Positions 28,635 through 37,846 of a stretch of 64,000 bases of DNA are shown piece by piece (the first letter of the stretch is position 1; the number at the start of each line of letters is the position of its first letter). The DNA is from an uncultured Planctomycetales bacterium (lineage in GTDB: Bacteria; Omnitrophota; Gorgyraeia; Gygaellales; Profunditerraquicolaceae), in assembly GCA_964427405.1 (NCBI GenBank), contig CAYRUB010000002.1, positions 4,741 to 68,740 of the forward strand. Reading direction: 5' to 3'. The notes below the pieces were generated by a model that saw only the letters and a list, made by a program, of their open reading frames with translations, had not been told where the DNA came from and made no database searches. Position numbers and translations under genes: made by a program.

Positions 28635-29903
28635 ATGGAACCCAAAATTATAGCACTATTAGTTTTTATTATTTCTTACATCTTATTTGTAATTCTTCCG
28701 CAAAAGCGCACGATAGTTGCTTTGACCGCAAGCCTCTTGCTTGTTTTAACCCAGGCTATTTCTTTTAAGGAGGCCTTTCTGGCGGTTAACTGGAATGTTA
28801 TGGGGATATTTGTAGGTACCTTAATTATCGCCGATGTGTTTATGCAGAGCAGGGTCCCTGCTTATATTGCTGAAATAATTGTTGATAAGGCCAAAAATAC
28901 TACCTGGTCAATTTTGTTTATTTGTTTATTAACCGGCATTATCTCTGCGTTTGTGGAAAATGTGGCTACGGTGTTAATTGTTGCTCCTATAGCCTTTGCC
29001 CTGGCTAAAAAACTTAAAATTAACCCTACTAATATGATGATTGCCATTGCTGTTTCCAGTAATCTGCAGGGCACAGCAACCTTGATTGGGGATCCGCCGA
29101 GCATGCTTTTAGGTGGTTTTGCCATGATGAATTTCGGGGACTTCTTTTTTTATAAAGGTAAGCCGAGCATATTCTTTGCCGTAGAATTAGGAGCCTTGGT
29201 TTCTTTTTTTGTGCTTTATTTCATATTCAGCAAACATAAAGAAAAGGCTCAGCTTGTCCCGGTTGAAAAGGTAAAATCATGGGTGCCTACGATTTTGCTG
29301 GTGAGCCTGATTATTTTGCTGGCATTATCCTCATTCCTGGATACGGGTTTTAGCTATATGGCCGGTCAAATTTGTATGATTTTTGGTATTATTGCCTTAC
29401 TCTGGGAAAAGTTTGTAAATAGGCGCTCAATAGTTGCCGGGATGAAAGGGCTCGACTGGGATACGACCTTTTTTCTTATGGGTATCTTTATTATCGTGGG
29501 GGCGCTTTCCGCTACCGGATGGATTGAGGTATTAGCTGATTATCTGGCCGGTCTTGTCGGCGGGAATATATTCTTAGGCTACACCGCGATAGTTTTTCTT
29601 TCGGTAGTCCTTTCTGCGTTTATTGATAATGTCCCTTTTCTGGCTGCTATGTTGCCGGTTGCGATGATTATGTCCAGCAAGCTGCAGGTTAATCCTGCTT
29701 TATTTCTTTTTGGTCTGCTTATTGGCGCCAGCCTCGGTGGTAATATTACCCCTATTGGCGCCTCGGCTAATATTGTTGCCTGTGGCCTGCTTAAAAAGGA
29801 AGGATACCCGGTTAAATTTACGGATTTTATGAAAATAGGAATTCCTTTTACAATTGCTGCGGTAGCTGCTGCGTACCTGTTCATTTGGTTTATTTGGAGT
29901 TAA
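28635..29903 (+). CDS. ArsB/NhaD-type ion transporter
   Basis: SAFVENV, SNLQGTATLIGDPP, SAFIDNVP, GGNITPIGASAN. Confidence 0.85.
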   Translation: MEPKIIALLVFIISYILFVILPQKRTIVALTASLLLVLTQAISFKEAFLAVNWNVMGIFVGTLIIADVFMQSRVPAYIAEIIVDKAKNTTWSILFICLLTGIISAFVENVATVLIVAPIAFALAKKLKINPTNMMIAIAVSSNLQGTATLIGDPPSMLLGGFAMMNFGDFFFYKGKPSIFFAVELGALVSFFVLYFIFSKHKEKAQLVPVEKVKSWVPTILLVSLIILLALSSFLDTGFSYMAGQICMIFGIIALLWEKFVNRRSIVAGMKGLDWDTTFFLMGIFIIVGALSATGWIEVLADYLAGLVGGNIFLGYTAIVFLSVVLSAFIDNVPFLAAMLPVAMIMSSKLQVNPALFLFGLLIGASLGGNITPIGASANIVACGLLKKEGYPVKFTDFMKIGIPFTIAAVAAAYLFIWFIWS

Positions 29904-29905
29904 AC

Positions 29906-30943
29906 ATGCCCAATGATCATGCCTGCTGTCATCAGGCTGGGAAAGGCTGGTTCAGGAATAAGCTATTTTTAGTTTGTATTGTTACGCTCGCCTTAATATT
30001 ACTTTCGTATGTCTTTCCCGTTTTAATCGCTTTTCGTAAAGTCATTTTTAATTATTTAAAGACTATCTGGTGGGCAGTGGCTCTGGGTTTATTGTTGGGG
30101 GGCTTTATTGACCACTATGTTCCCCGGGAGTATATCTCCAAAATCCTGGCCAGAAAATCTCCGCTTACTATCCTTAATGCCGTATGTTTAGGGTTTTTGC
30201 TGAGTGCCTGCAGCCATGGGATATTGGCCTTATCTATACAGTTGCATAAGAAGGGCGCGTCAAATCCGGCAGTGGTAAGTTTCCTTCTTGCCAGCCCCTG
30301 GGCAAATTTTGCTGTTACTATGATGTTGTTAAGTCTATTCGGTTTAAAAGGCTTATTTATTATTATCGCGGCGATTATCATTGCTATAAACACCGGATTT
30401 ATATTTATGTTTTTGGAAAGAAAAGGCTTAATCGAAAAGAATAAAAATATTGTGCAGGTATCACAAGATTATTCAATTATGCGGGATTTCCGTATACGTT
30501 TAGCTAACTATAAATTAAACAAAGAATCAATCGCCGCGGATTTTAAAGGCGTGGTTAATGGCGCGTTTGAACTTTCAGAAATGGTGCTTTGGTGGATTAT
30601 TCTGGGGGTGTTTATTGCCAGCCTTGCCGGAGCATATATTCCCGTGCATTTCTTCCATAAATTTATGGGGCCGACTTTATTGGGGTTAATCGTAACCTTA
30701 GGTTTGGCAACGGTAATTGAGGTTTGTTCCGAAGGTTCAAGCCCCCTGGCATTTGAGATTTATCGTCAGACCGGTGCCCTGGGTAACAGTTTTGTATTTT
30801 TGATGTCAGGGGTAGTTACGGATTATACGGAGATTGGCCTGCTTTGGAGCAATGTGGGCAGGCGCGTGGCTTTATGGATGCCGCTGGTCACTGTCCCTCA
30901 GGTTATGGCGGTAGGTTATATTGCCAATATATTTTTCAAATAA
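29906..30943 (+). CDS. Permease (DUF318/ArsP-like)
   Basis: LSACSHG, FLLASPW, EVCSEGSSP. Confidence 0.8.
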   Translation: MPNDHACCHQAGKGWFRNKLFLVCIVTLALILLSYVFPVLIAFRKVIFNYLKTIWWAVALGLLLGGFIDHYVPREYISKILARKSPLTILNAVCLGFLLSACSHGILALSIQLHKKGASNPAVVSFLLASPWANFAVTMMLLSLFGLKGLFIIIAAIIIAINTGFIFMFLERKGLIEKNKNIVQVSQDYSIMRDFRIRLANYKLNKESIAADFKGVVNGAFELSEMVLWWIILGVFIASLAGAYIPVHFFHKFMGPTLLGLIVTLGLATVIEVCSEGSSPLAFEIYRQTGALGNSFVFLMSGVVTDYTEIGLLWSNVGRRVALWMPLVTVPQVMAVGYIANIFFK

Positions 30944-30956
30944 AGATTAGCCAAGG

Positions 30957-31703
30957 ATGAAATCATTCTCAATTAAAACAAAGCTGATTATATTCTTAGC
31001 GGGGTTTGCGGTATTTTTGTCGGTAAAAGATAAAGATACCGCTTTTCTGTTTACATTAATTATTGCTTTAGTTAGTGCAATTATTATAGATTCAGCATTC
31101 TCTTATTTTAAGAATAAAAAGCCTGCCCTATCTGAAAGCTCAATCGTATCCGCTTTAATCATCGGATTCGTTCTGTCCAGTGATAATCCCTGGTGGATTA
31201 TCGCCCTGGCATCTTTATTCGCAATTTCCTCGAAATACTTAATTCGTTTTAATAAAAAGCATATTTTTAATCCAGCAGCATTCGGGATATTCTTAAGCAT
31301 CCTCATTTTTGGAGCAAATACTCAATGGAAGGGAACCTTTCTTTGGTATATTCTTTTGCCCATAGGTTTGTATTTTACTTATAAGATTCGTAGACTAGAA
31401 CTGATTATAGGTTATTTGATAACCGCTTTGGGTGCATTCGGGATTCAAGCCTTATTAAACAAAGTTTCACTAATTAATATCTTTGGTTATCTTAGTTATT
31501 TTTATGTTTTTATAATGTTGATTGAACCAAAAACAACCCCTGTAAAACCTTTGGCTAAGTTTATTTTTGGAATTGGTACTGCGGGTTTGATTTTTACCTT
31601 TATCCAGGCACAAGCTAGATTTGATTCTGAATTAGCCGCGCTTTTAATCCTAAATCTTTTTGTACCGTTTTTAAATAAAATACCCGAAAGGAGAAAAACA
31701 TGA
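30957..31703 (+). CDS. Short RnfD/NqrB-like membrane protein
   Basis: KHIFNPAAFG and FIMLIEPKTTP motifs. Confidence 0.7.
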   Translation: MKSFSIKTKLIIFLAGFAVFLSVKDKDTAFLFTLIIALVSAIIIDSAFSYFKNKKPALSESSIVSALIIGFVLSSDNPWWIIALASLFAISSKYLIRFNKKHIFNPAAFGIFLSILIFGANTQWKGTFLWYILLPIGLYFTYKIRRLELIIGYLITALGAFGIQALLNKVSLINIFGYLSYFYVFIMLIEPKTTPVKPLAKFIFGIGTAGLIFTFIQAQARFDSELAALLILNLFVPFLNKIPERRKT

Positions 31704-32047
31704 AAAAGAAGATTGTATTTATGTTTTTGCTTATTTGCTTAGTTTCAATCAGTATTGCCTACGCACATCCTCCGAAGGATATTGAAATTTCATATGATCC
31801 GGGTACAAAGATGTTAACTGCGCTTATTATGCATGATACAAGTAATCCGCTCGGCCATTATATCAAGAAAGTTGATATTGGTTTAAACGATAAAGAAATA
31901 ATTGAACTAAAGTTTTTGAAACAGGATAACCTTAATTTCCAGAAAGTAAGTTATTCCGTTGCCGACGTAAAATCCGGAGACAGGCTTTCTGTGGAAGGTT
32001 ATTGTAGCATTAGTGGCAAGCTAAAAAAAGAGATAATTGTAAAATAG
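31700..32047 (+). CDS. Secreted protein, possible SOR/desulfoferrodoxin-like metal-binding fold
   Basis: Signal AYA-HPP; H...HYI and YCSISG. Confidence 0.55.
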   Translation: MKKKIVFMFLLICLVSISIAYAHPPKDIEISYDPGTKMLTALIMHDTSNPLGHYIKKVDIGLNDKEIIELKFLKQDNLNFQKVSYSVADVKSGDRLSVEGYCSISGKLKKEIIVK

Positions 32048-32052
32048 TTATA

Positions 32053-32087
32053 TTTTAGGGAGTATTGAATATCTCTGCTCCCTAAAA
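32053..32087. terminator. Hairpin after permease operon
   Basis: TTTTAGGGAG/CTCCCTAAAA. Confidence 0.55.
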
Positions 32088-32092
32088 ATTGC

Positions 32093-32121
32093 TTGACAAA
32101 TGATACTATTGTGGTATCATT
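32093..32121 (+). promoter_or_regulatory. Promoter with overlapping 8-7-8 inverted repeat (probable Rrf2 operator)
   Basis: TTGACA-N16-TATCAT; AATGATAC-TATTGTG-GTATCATT at 32099-32121. Confidence 0.75.
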
Positions 32122-32149
32122 AACTTAAACTTAAAAGGAGGTGATTTAA

Positions 32150-32227
32150 ATGGGTGTAACAATTAGATACATGCTTAGGCCGGTGGCTCACTGTAAAGAG
32201 GGCTGCAGTAGGTTGTCCCGGGTATGA
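32150..32227 (+). CDS. 25-aa Cys-containing leader peptide
   Basis: AAAGGAGGTGA SD; MGVTIRYMLRPVAHCKEGCSRLSRV; not in ORF track. Confidence 0.55.
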   Translation: MGVTIRYMLRPVAHCKEGCSRLSRV

Positions 32228-32269
32228 CGTTAAACTGCCCACTTACATTTAAATAACTTCGGAGATTTT

Positions 32270-32662
32270 ATGAAACTTATCACTAGAAATACAGACTATG
32301 CAATACGTGCGCTTTGTTATATTTCAAAACATAAAACCGTTGTAGCGGTAGAAGAACTTGTCGAAAAACTTGGAGTCCCGCGTTCATTCATGCGCAAAAT
32401 TCTCCAACAGTTGAACAAAGAAAGAATCTTAGGGTCTTTCAAGGGGCAGGGGGGTGGGTTTAAATTAAAGGTCCTCCCTGAGAAAATTTATATAATTGAA
32501 ATAATGCGCATTTTTCAGGGGCACGTAGAATTAAACGGGTGTTTTCTAAAAAAGGATGTTTGCCCTAATAAAGGTAAGTGCGTTTTAAGGAAGAAGCTGC
32601 GTTTGATTGAAGAGAATATGTTTAAACAGCTTAAAGAAATAACCATAGCTTCTTTAGTTTAA
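32270..32662 (+). CDS. Rrf2 family transcriptional regulator
   Basis: TDYAIRAL, KGQGGGF, C-x5-C-x5-C. Confidence 0.92.
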   Translation: MKLITRNTDYAIRALCYISKHKTVVAVEELVEKLGVPRSFMRKILQQLNKERILGSFKGQGGGFKLKVLPEKIYIIEIMRIFQGHVELNGCFLKKDVCPNKGKCVLRKKLRLIEENMFKQLKEITIASLV

Positions 32663-32673
32663 GGGGGTGCTCA

Positions 32674-33981
32674 ATGTTTTGTTATCAATGCGAACAAACA
32701 GTAGGCGGTACAGGTTGCACAAAGCTTGGGGTCTGCGGTAAGAATGAAGATGTCCAGAGCCTGCAGGACACTCTCTTATATGGTTTAAAAGGTATTGCCG
32801 CTTATGCATATCATGCCCGAGAGCTGGGGGCTCATGATGAAGAAGTAGATGCCTTTATGCACGAAGCACTGTTTAAAACTGTAACCAATGTCAGTTTTGA
32901 CCTAAATCAATATCTGGAGTTAGTATTAAAATGCGGGGCTGTTAATTTAAAGACTATGGAGATGCTGGATAAGGCGCATACGCAGAGATTTGGTAACCCT
33001 GTGCCTACTGCGGTTGAAACCGGAACCAAATCCGGACCGGGTATTTTAATTACCGGTCATGACCTGCTTGATCTTTATGAACTGCTTAAACAGAGCGAAG
33101 GAACCGGAGTAAATATCTATACGCATAGCGAAATGCTGCCTGCGCATGGTTATCCGGAGCTGAAGAAATTCAAACATTTAGTGGGTAATTATGGCGGCGC
33201 CTGGCAGGAACAGAAAAAAGAATTTAATGCCTTTAGCGGAGCAATATTAGCAACTACTAATTGTGTATTAATCCCGCCGGAGGGCACCTATTTGGATAGG
33301 TTATTTACCATAGGTATCACTGGTGTAGCCGGGGCAACGCATCTAAAGGGACGGGATTTTAAAGCCTTGATTGCAAAAGCAAAATCATTACCGGCCTTAC
33401 CTGAGGCTCCCGGAAAAAAGATTATGACTGGTTTTCACCATACGGCGATCCTGGGATTAGCGGATAAGATTGTGGGTTTGGTTAAAGCCGGCAAGATTAA
33501 GCATTTTTTCTTAATCGGAGGTTGCGATGGAGCAAAATCCGGACGCAACTACTATACGGAATTCGCTGAACAAGTACCTAAGGATTGTGTAATTCTTACG
33601 CTTGCCTGTGGCAAGTACCGTTTTAACAAGCTGGATTTCGGCGAAATTGAGGGAGTACCCAGATTAATTGATGTTGGCCAATGTAATAATGCCTATTCTG
33701 CAATTCAGGTTGCGGTGGCTTTAGCTAAGGTGTTTAATTGCGGTGTGAATGACCTGCCTTTAACCCTGGTGCTTTCCTGGTTTGAGCAAAAAGCAGTTGC
33801 CATTTTACTTACTTTGCTGTATCTTAATATCAAAGGTATCTATATAGGGCCAACCCCGCCCGCCTTTATAAGTAAGAATGTTTTCGCTGTTCTGCAGGAA
33901 AAATTTGACCTACGTCTGATTAGCACACCCGATGAAGATTTAAAAACGATATTAAAGAAACAAACAGGAGGGCTATCATAA
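32674..33981 (+). CDS. hcp: Hybrid cluster protein (short form)
   Basis: MFCYQCEQT..GC...GVCGK, YTHSEMLPAH, GGCDG, GQCNNAYS, SWFEQKA. Confidence 0.95.
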   Translation: MFCYQCEQTVGGTGCTKLGVCGKNEDVQSLQDTLLYGLKGIAAYAYHARELGAHDEEVDAFMHEALFKTVTNVSFDLNQYLELVLKCGAVNLKTMEMLDKAHTQRFGNPVPTAVETGTKSGPGILITGHDLLDLYELLKQSEGTGVNIYTHSEMLPAHGYPELKKFKHLVGNYGGAWQEQKKEFNAFSGAILATTNCVLIPPEGTYLDRLFTIGITGVAGATHLKGRDFKALIAKAKSLPALPEAPGKKIMTGFHHTAILGLADKIVGLVKAGKIKHFFLIGGCDGAKSGRNYYTEFAEQVPKDCVILTLACGKYRFNKLDFGEIEGVPRLIDVGQCNNAYSAIQVAVALAKVFNCGVNDLPLTLVLSWFEQKAVAILLTLLYLNIKGIYIGPTPPAFISKNVFAVLQEKFDLRLISTPDEDLKTILKKQTGGLS

Positions 33982-34091
33982 CAGATCTCAAGGATTTACT
34001 GCAAAGCGCAGGCTGGAAAACCGAGAAGCATGTGCCGGTTATCGAGGGGCCGGACAGGATAAATAAATTGGAAGAGCGAAAAAGAAGTTAG
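33978..34091 (+). pseudogene. Remnant of superoxide reductase (neelaredoxin-type) N-terminus
   Basis: GGAGGG SD, ATA at the start position, then TDLKDLLQSAGWKTEKHVPVIEGPD, stop after 37 codons. Confidence 0.75.
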
Positions 34092-34133
34092 CGTAGGATA
34101 AGGAGTAGTTATATTTAACAAAAGGAGGGTAGT

Positions 34134-34454
34134 ATGTGTATGCTGAGAGGTTGTCCTTTAATGACTATTGTGCCGATTTCGCTTTTTTTGACCGTTAGTT
34201 TTTTTGTTCTGCTTTCCTTGCGCAAGGTAACAGAGAAATGGCTTAGGGTTTTTGGCCACCTAGTAGTCAGTTTCCTTTTGTTGGCGGCGCTGGTTATTTT
34301 TTCAGGTGCAGTCTCTAATTTGACTAAAGGTTTTGGCGGAATGAGGTGCCCGATGCTGCAGAAAATGAAGATGTGCGGTATGATGCAAATGACGGATCAA
34401 AAGAACATGCCGGAGATGGCTATGCCGGGAAAAAAGGCGCTTCCTAAAGAATAA
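34134..34454 (+). CDS. Two-TM protein with Met/Cys-rich tail
   Basis: AAGGAGGG SD; TM pair; MRCPMLQKMKMCGMMQM. Confidence 0.7.
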   Translation: MCMLRGCPLMTIVPISLFLTVSFFVLLSLRKVTEKWLRVFGHLVVSFLLLAALVIFSGAVSNLTKGFGGMRCPMLQKMKMCGMMQMTDQKNMPEMAMPGKKALPKE

Positions 34455-34485
34455 TTTTAGGGTAATCTAACTAAAGAGGAAAAAA

Positions 34486-34647
34486 ATGAATAAATATAAA
34501 TGTTTAGTCTGCGGTTATATCTATGATCCTAAGCTGGGTGATCCGGATAACGGTATTGTTCCCGGAACGAGTTTTGAGGATTTGCCGGATACTTGGGTTT
34601 GCCCTGAATGCGGCGTAGGCAAGGATCAATTTGAGAAGATAATTTAA
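34486..34647 (+). CDS. Rubredoxin (53 aa)
   Basis: [15 protein letters not shown]...[13 protein letters not shown]; GAGG SD; below ORF-track cutoff. Confidence 0.95.
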   Translation: MNKYKCLVCGYIYDPKLGDPDNGIVPGTSFEDLPDTWVCPECGVGKDQFEKII

Positions 34648-34659
34648 AGGGGGATTATT

Positions 34660-35184
34660 ATGGCCAGGACTGTTACTTTTAAGGGGGCCCGTTTGACTTT
34701 GATTGGTAAACGCGTTAAGGAGGGCCGGCGCGCTCCCGATTTTAAGTTAATTTCTCAGGATTTAAAAGAAGTAAGCCTGTCAGATTTTAATGGTAAGATA
34801 AAAATAATTAATTTTTTTCCCTCTCTTGATACCCCGGTTTGTGATTTACAGGTAAAAGAGTTTAATAAAAAAGCTGCCGGCCTTAGCCCTGATATTGTGG
34901 TAATTGGGGTAAGTAAAGACCTGCCTTTTGCCCAAGCCAGATTTTGTTCGGTGAATGAAATAAAAAATGAGCTAGTGTTCTCTGATTACAGGTTTTCTTC
35001 ATTTGGCTTAAATTACGGATTCCTGGTCAAGGAGCTTAATCTTTTAGCCAGAGGTTCGTTAATCATTGATAAAAATCAACGCATTAGATATATTCAGGTG
35101 GTTGAAGAAATAACTCATTCAGTTAATTTTGATGAAGTTTTTAGCAGGTTACAAGATGTGCTTAAGAATTCGCTTCAGCCTTAG
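34660..35184 (+). CDS. tpx: Thiol peroxidase
   Basis: VTFKG, PSLDTPVC, SKDLPFAQARFC. Confidence 0.93.
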   Translation: MARTVTFKGARLTLIGKRVKEGRRAPDFKLISQDLKEVSLSDFNGKIKIINFFPSLDTPVCDLQVKEFNKKAAGLSPDIVVIGVSKDLPFAQARFCSVNEIKNELVFSDYRFSSFGLNYGFLVKELNLLARGSLIIDKNQRIRYIQVVEEITHSVNFDEVFSRLQDVLKNSLQP

Positions 35185-35217
35185 AGAATTTGGTAAATAT
35201 CTCAACTTTAGATAAGA

Positions 35218-35922
35218 ATGCCCGTAGAAATTGATGCCAGAGTAAAAGAGGTTATTCGGCGTAATTACAATGTTAAAAGCTTCCGCCTGGAAATTGCTGA
35301 TTGGCTGGATTTTAAAGCCGGACAATTCCTGCAGGTTAGGCTTCAGGGCGGCCCTAATCTAAAAAGATATCTCTCCATTTCCAGCTCTCCAACTGAAAAG
35401 TGCTATTTAGAGTTTACTAAGAAAATAACCCAGAGTGATTTTTCCACGGCGCTGGATAATTTAAAGGCGGGAGACAGGGTAAATATTCAATACCCTTTGG
35501 GTAAATTTATCCTGGATGAATTTGCGCCTAAGGTTGCTTTTTTGTCTGGGGGCATCGGGATAACTCCCATACGAAGCATTTGCAAATATGCGGTTGATAA
35601 AAATATAGGTACAGATATCGTGCTGGTTTATTCCAATCGTTCTATACGGGATATAGTTTTTAAAGATGATTTTTCCGCTATGTCCAAAAGTTACCCGTTA
35701 TTGAGGATAGCGCATGTGTTGTGTGAGGCTGAGCAAGGATTTAAATGTACGGTAGGGCAGATTAACGCCAGCGTAATAAAAAATGAAATTCCGGATTATG
35801 CGGAAAGAAAATTCTATCTCTGTGGTCCTCCGCAGATGGTTGAGGCCATGCGCAAGATATTGGCCGAAGAATTGGGCTTAAGCGGGGAGAAAATAGTTGT
35901 GGAGAATTTTCAAGGTTATTAG
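35218..35922 (+). CDS. FNR-like FAD/NAD(P)H oxidoreductase
   Basis: RYLSISS, GGIGITP, YLCGPP, ENF. Confidence 0.88.
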   Translation: MPVEIDARVKEVIRRNYNVKSFRLEIADWLDFKAGQFLQVRLQGGPNLKRYLSISSSPTEKCYLEFTKKITQSDFSTALDNLKAGDRVNIQYPLGKFILDEFAPKVAFLSGGIGITPIRSICKYAVDKNIGTDIVLVYSNRSIRDIVFKDDFSAMSKSYPLLRIAHVLCEAEQGFKCTVGQINASVIKNEIPDYAERKFYLCGPPQMVEAMRKILAEELGLSGEKIVVENFQGY

Positions 35923-35942
35923 AAGGTTATTAGGAGGTAATA

Positions 35943-37130
35943 ATGGCTGCAATAGAAATTTTACCGGGTATATATTCAGTAGGGGTCTTGGATTGGAATG
36001 TACGTAATTTCCATGGGCATACATATACTACGCAGAGAGGCTCGAGCTATAACTCTTATCTTATTGTAGATGAAAAAATAGCGCTTGTGGATACTGTTTA
36101 TGGCCCATTCAGCCAGGAGCTAATTGAGAATATCAAAGAGATTATTCCTCCCGAAAGAATAGATTATATTATTGCTAACCATGTTGAAAATGACCATTCC
36201 GGAGCATTGCCTAGTCTTATGCAGCTTTGTCCTAAAGCTAAGGTTTTGGGTACTCTTAAGTGTAAAGAAGGCCTCTATAAGCATTATTACGAAGATTGGG
36301 ATTTTCAGGTGGTTAAGACCGGAGATAAACTAAAATTAGGCAGGCGTACACTTGCTTTCCTTGAGGCACCGATGATCCATTGGCCGGACAGTATGTTTAC
36401 GTATTGTCCGGAAGATGCTTTGCTTATGCCTAATGACGCTTTTGGCCAACATTATGCGACAAGTGAGCGTTTTGACGACCAGGTCGATCAATGCAGCTTG
36501 ATGGATGAGGCAGAGAAGTACTACGCTAATATCCTTTGGCCGCTTGGCCCCGTGATCCTAAAGAAGATTGAAGATGTGCAAAAATTAAATATCCCCATTA
36601 AAATGATTGCGCCCAGCCACGGGGTTATTTGGCGTAAAGATCCGGGGAAAATAATAAATTCTTATATTTCTTGGGCAAAAGGCCAAACGACTAAGAAAAT
36701 CGTAATTGCCTATGAAACTATGTGGGGCGCAACCGAAAAGATAGCCAGGAAGATTGCTGAAGGCGTAACTGCCGCGGGCATAGAGGTTAAACTTTATAAT
36801 GTCGCTGAGAGTGATCGCACTGAAATAATTACGCGTATGCTTACTGCTCAGGGTTTTTTATTCGGTTCATCTACTCACGATAATGATATGCTTCCTAACA
36901 TCGCCGCATTCTTAGAAATAGTTAAGGGCCTTAAGCCTAAAGGCAGGCAGGTTGGTTTTTTTGGTTCTTATGGTTGGGCTGGAGGCGCAGTTAAAGAGAT
37001 GCAAGAGACGCTAAAAGATAGCGGAGTTGATACCAGCGTTAGCGGAGTATCCATTAAATATGTTCCGGATAAAGAAGAATTAAAAGCTTGTTTTGAATTC
37101 GGCAATCAATTTGCTAAACTCTTAAAGTAA
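35943..37130 (+). CDS. fprA: Flavodiiron protein
   Basis: HVENDH, HWPDSM, DAFGQH, PSHG, GSYGW. Confidence 0.93.
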   Translation: MAAIEILPGIYSVGVLDWNVRNFHGHTYTTQRGSSYNSYLIVDEKIALVDTVYGPFSQELIENIKEIIPPERIDYIIANHVENDHSGALPSLMQLCPKAKVLGTLKCKEGLYKHYYEDWDFQVVKTGDKLKLGRRTLAFLEAPMIHWPDSMFTYCPEDALLMPNDAFGQHYATSERFDDQVDQCSLMDEAEKYYANILWPLGPVILKKIEDVQKLNIPIKMIAPSHGVIWRKDPGKIINSYISWAKGQTTKKIVIAYETMWGATEKIARKIAEGVTAAGIEVKLYNVAESDRTEIITRMLTAQGFLFGSSTHDNDMLPNIAAFLEIVKGLKPKGRQVGFFGSYGWAGGAVKEMQETLKDSGVDTSVSGVSIKYVPDKEELKACFEFGNQFAKLLK

Positions 37131-37131
37131 A

Positions 37132-37599
37132 ATGAAGCAGATCCCGGTAGCAGTCATTGAGTTTTTGCGCACCCAAGGTTTCGTAATAGTCTCATCAATA
37201 GACGAGAATGGGTTTCCCCATAGTTCTTGCAAAGATATAGTTAATATTGATCCTAACGGAAAGGTTTATTTGATTGATGCTTATTCTGGGGAAACAGCCG
37301 ATAATATAAAACGTAACCCTCAGATAAATATTTGTGCCGTTGATGAGCATAAATTTATGGGCTATTGCCTTAAGGGAAGAGCCACGGTTATGCCCGATGG
37401 CCAAATCAGCCAGGAGTTTATCAAGTCCTGGGAAGATAATATTACCTCGCGTCTGGCTAAAAGGCTGCTGCTTAATTTAGCTAAAGGCAAATCCCGCGCT
37501 CACCATCCCGAAGCCAGCCTGCCGCGCCCTAAGCATCTTATTACTATCACAGTAGAGGGGGTAGTTGATCTTACCCCGCATTATTTAAGAAAGGACTGA
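37132..37599 (+). CDS. Pyridoxamine 5'-phosphate oxidase-like FMN-binding protein
   Basis: SSIDENGFPH, TADNIKRNP, GYCLKG. Confidence 0.75.
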   Translation: MKQIPVAVIEFLRTQGFVIVSSIDENGFPHSSCKDIVNIDPNGKVYLIDAYSGETADNIKRNPQINICAVDEHKFMGYCLKGRATVMPDGQISQEFIKSWEDNITSRLAKRLLLNLAKGKSRAHHPEASLPRPKHLITITVEGVVDLTPHYLRKD

Positions 37600-37601
37600 T
37601 T

Positions 37602-37838
37602 ATGGCTAAAAGCGTGAAAGTTTACAGCACTCCGACTTGCCCATGGTGTATCCGGGCCAAGCAATTTTTAAAAGAGAATAATGTAGAGTTTCAGAACATC
37701 GATGTTTCTGATAATCAGCAGGTAGTGGATGAGTTGATGCAGAAGTCCGGGCAGATGGGGGTTCCGGTTTTAGATATTGACGGCCAGATTATTGTAGGAT
37801 TTGATAAAGAAAAAATAAGGCAGTCGTTAGGGATATAA
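37602..37838 (+). CDS. Glutaredoxin/NrdH-like redoxin
   Basis: CPWC, SGQMGVPV, IVGFD. Confidence 0.92.
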   Translation: MAKSVKVYSTPTCPWCIRAKQFLKENNVEFQNIDVSDNQQVVDELMQKSGQMGVPVLDIDGQIIVGFDKEKIRQSLGI

Positions 37839-37846
37839 AGCGCAAT

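Noticed and set aside
32225-32233. TGA as selenocysteine in the leader peptide
   Set aside because: Readthrough adds only two residues before TAA; no evident SECIS or sel genes in the window.
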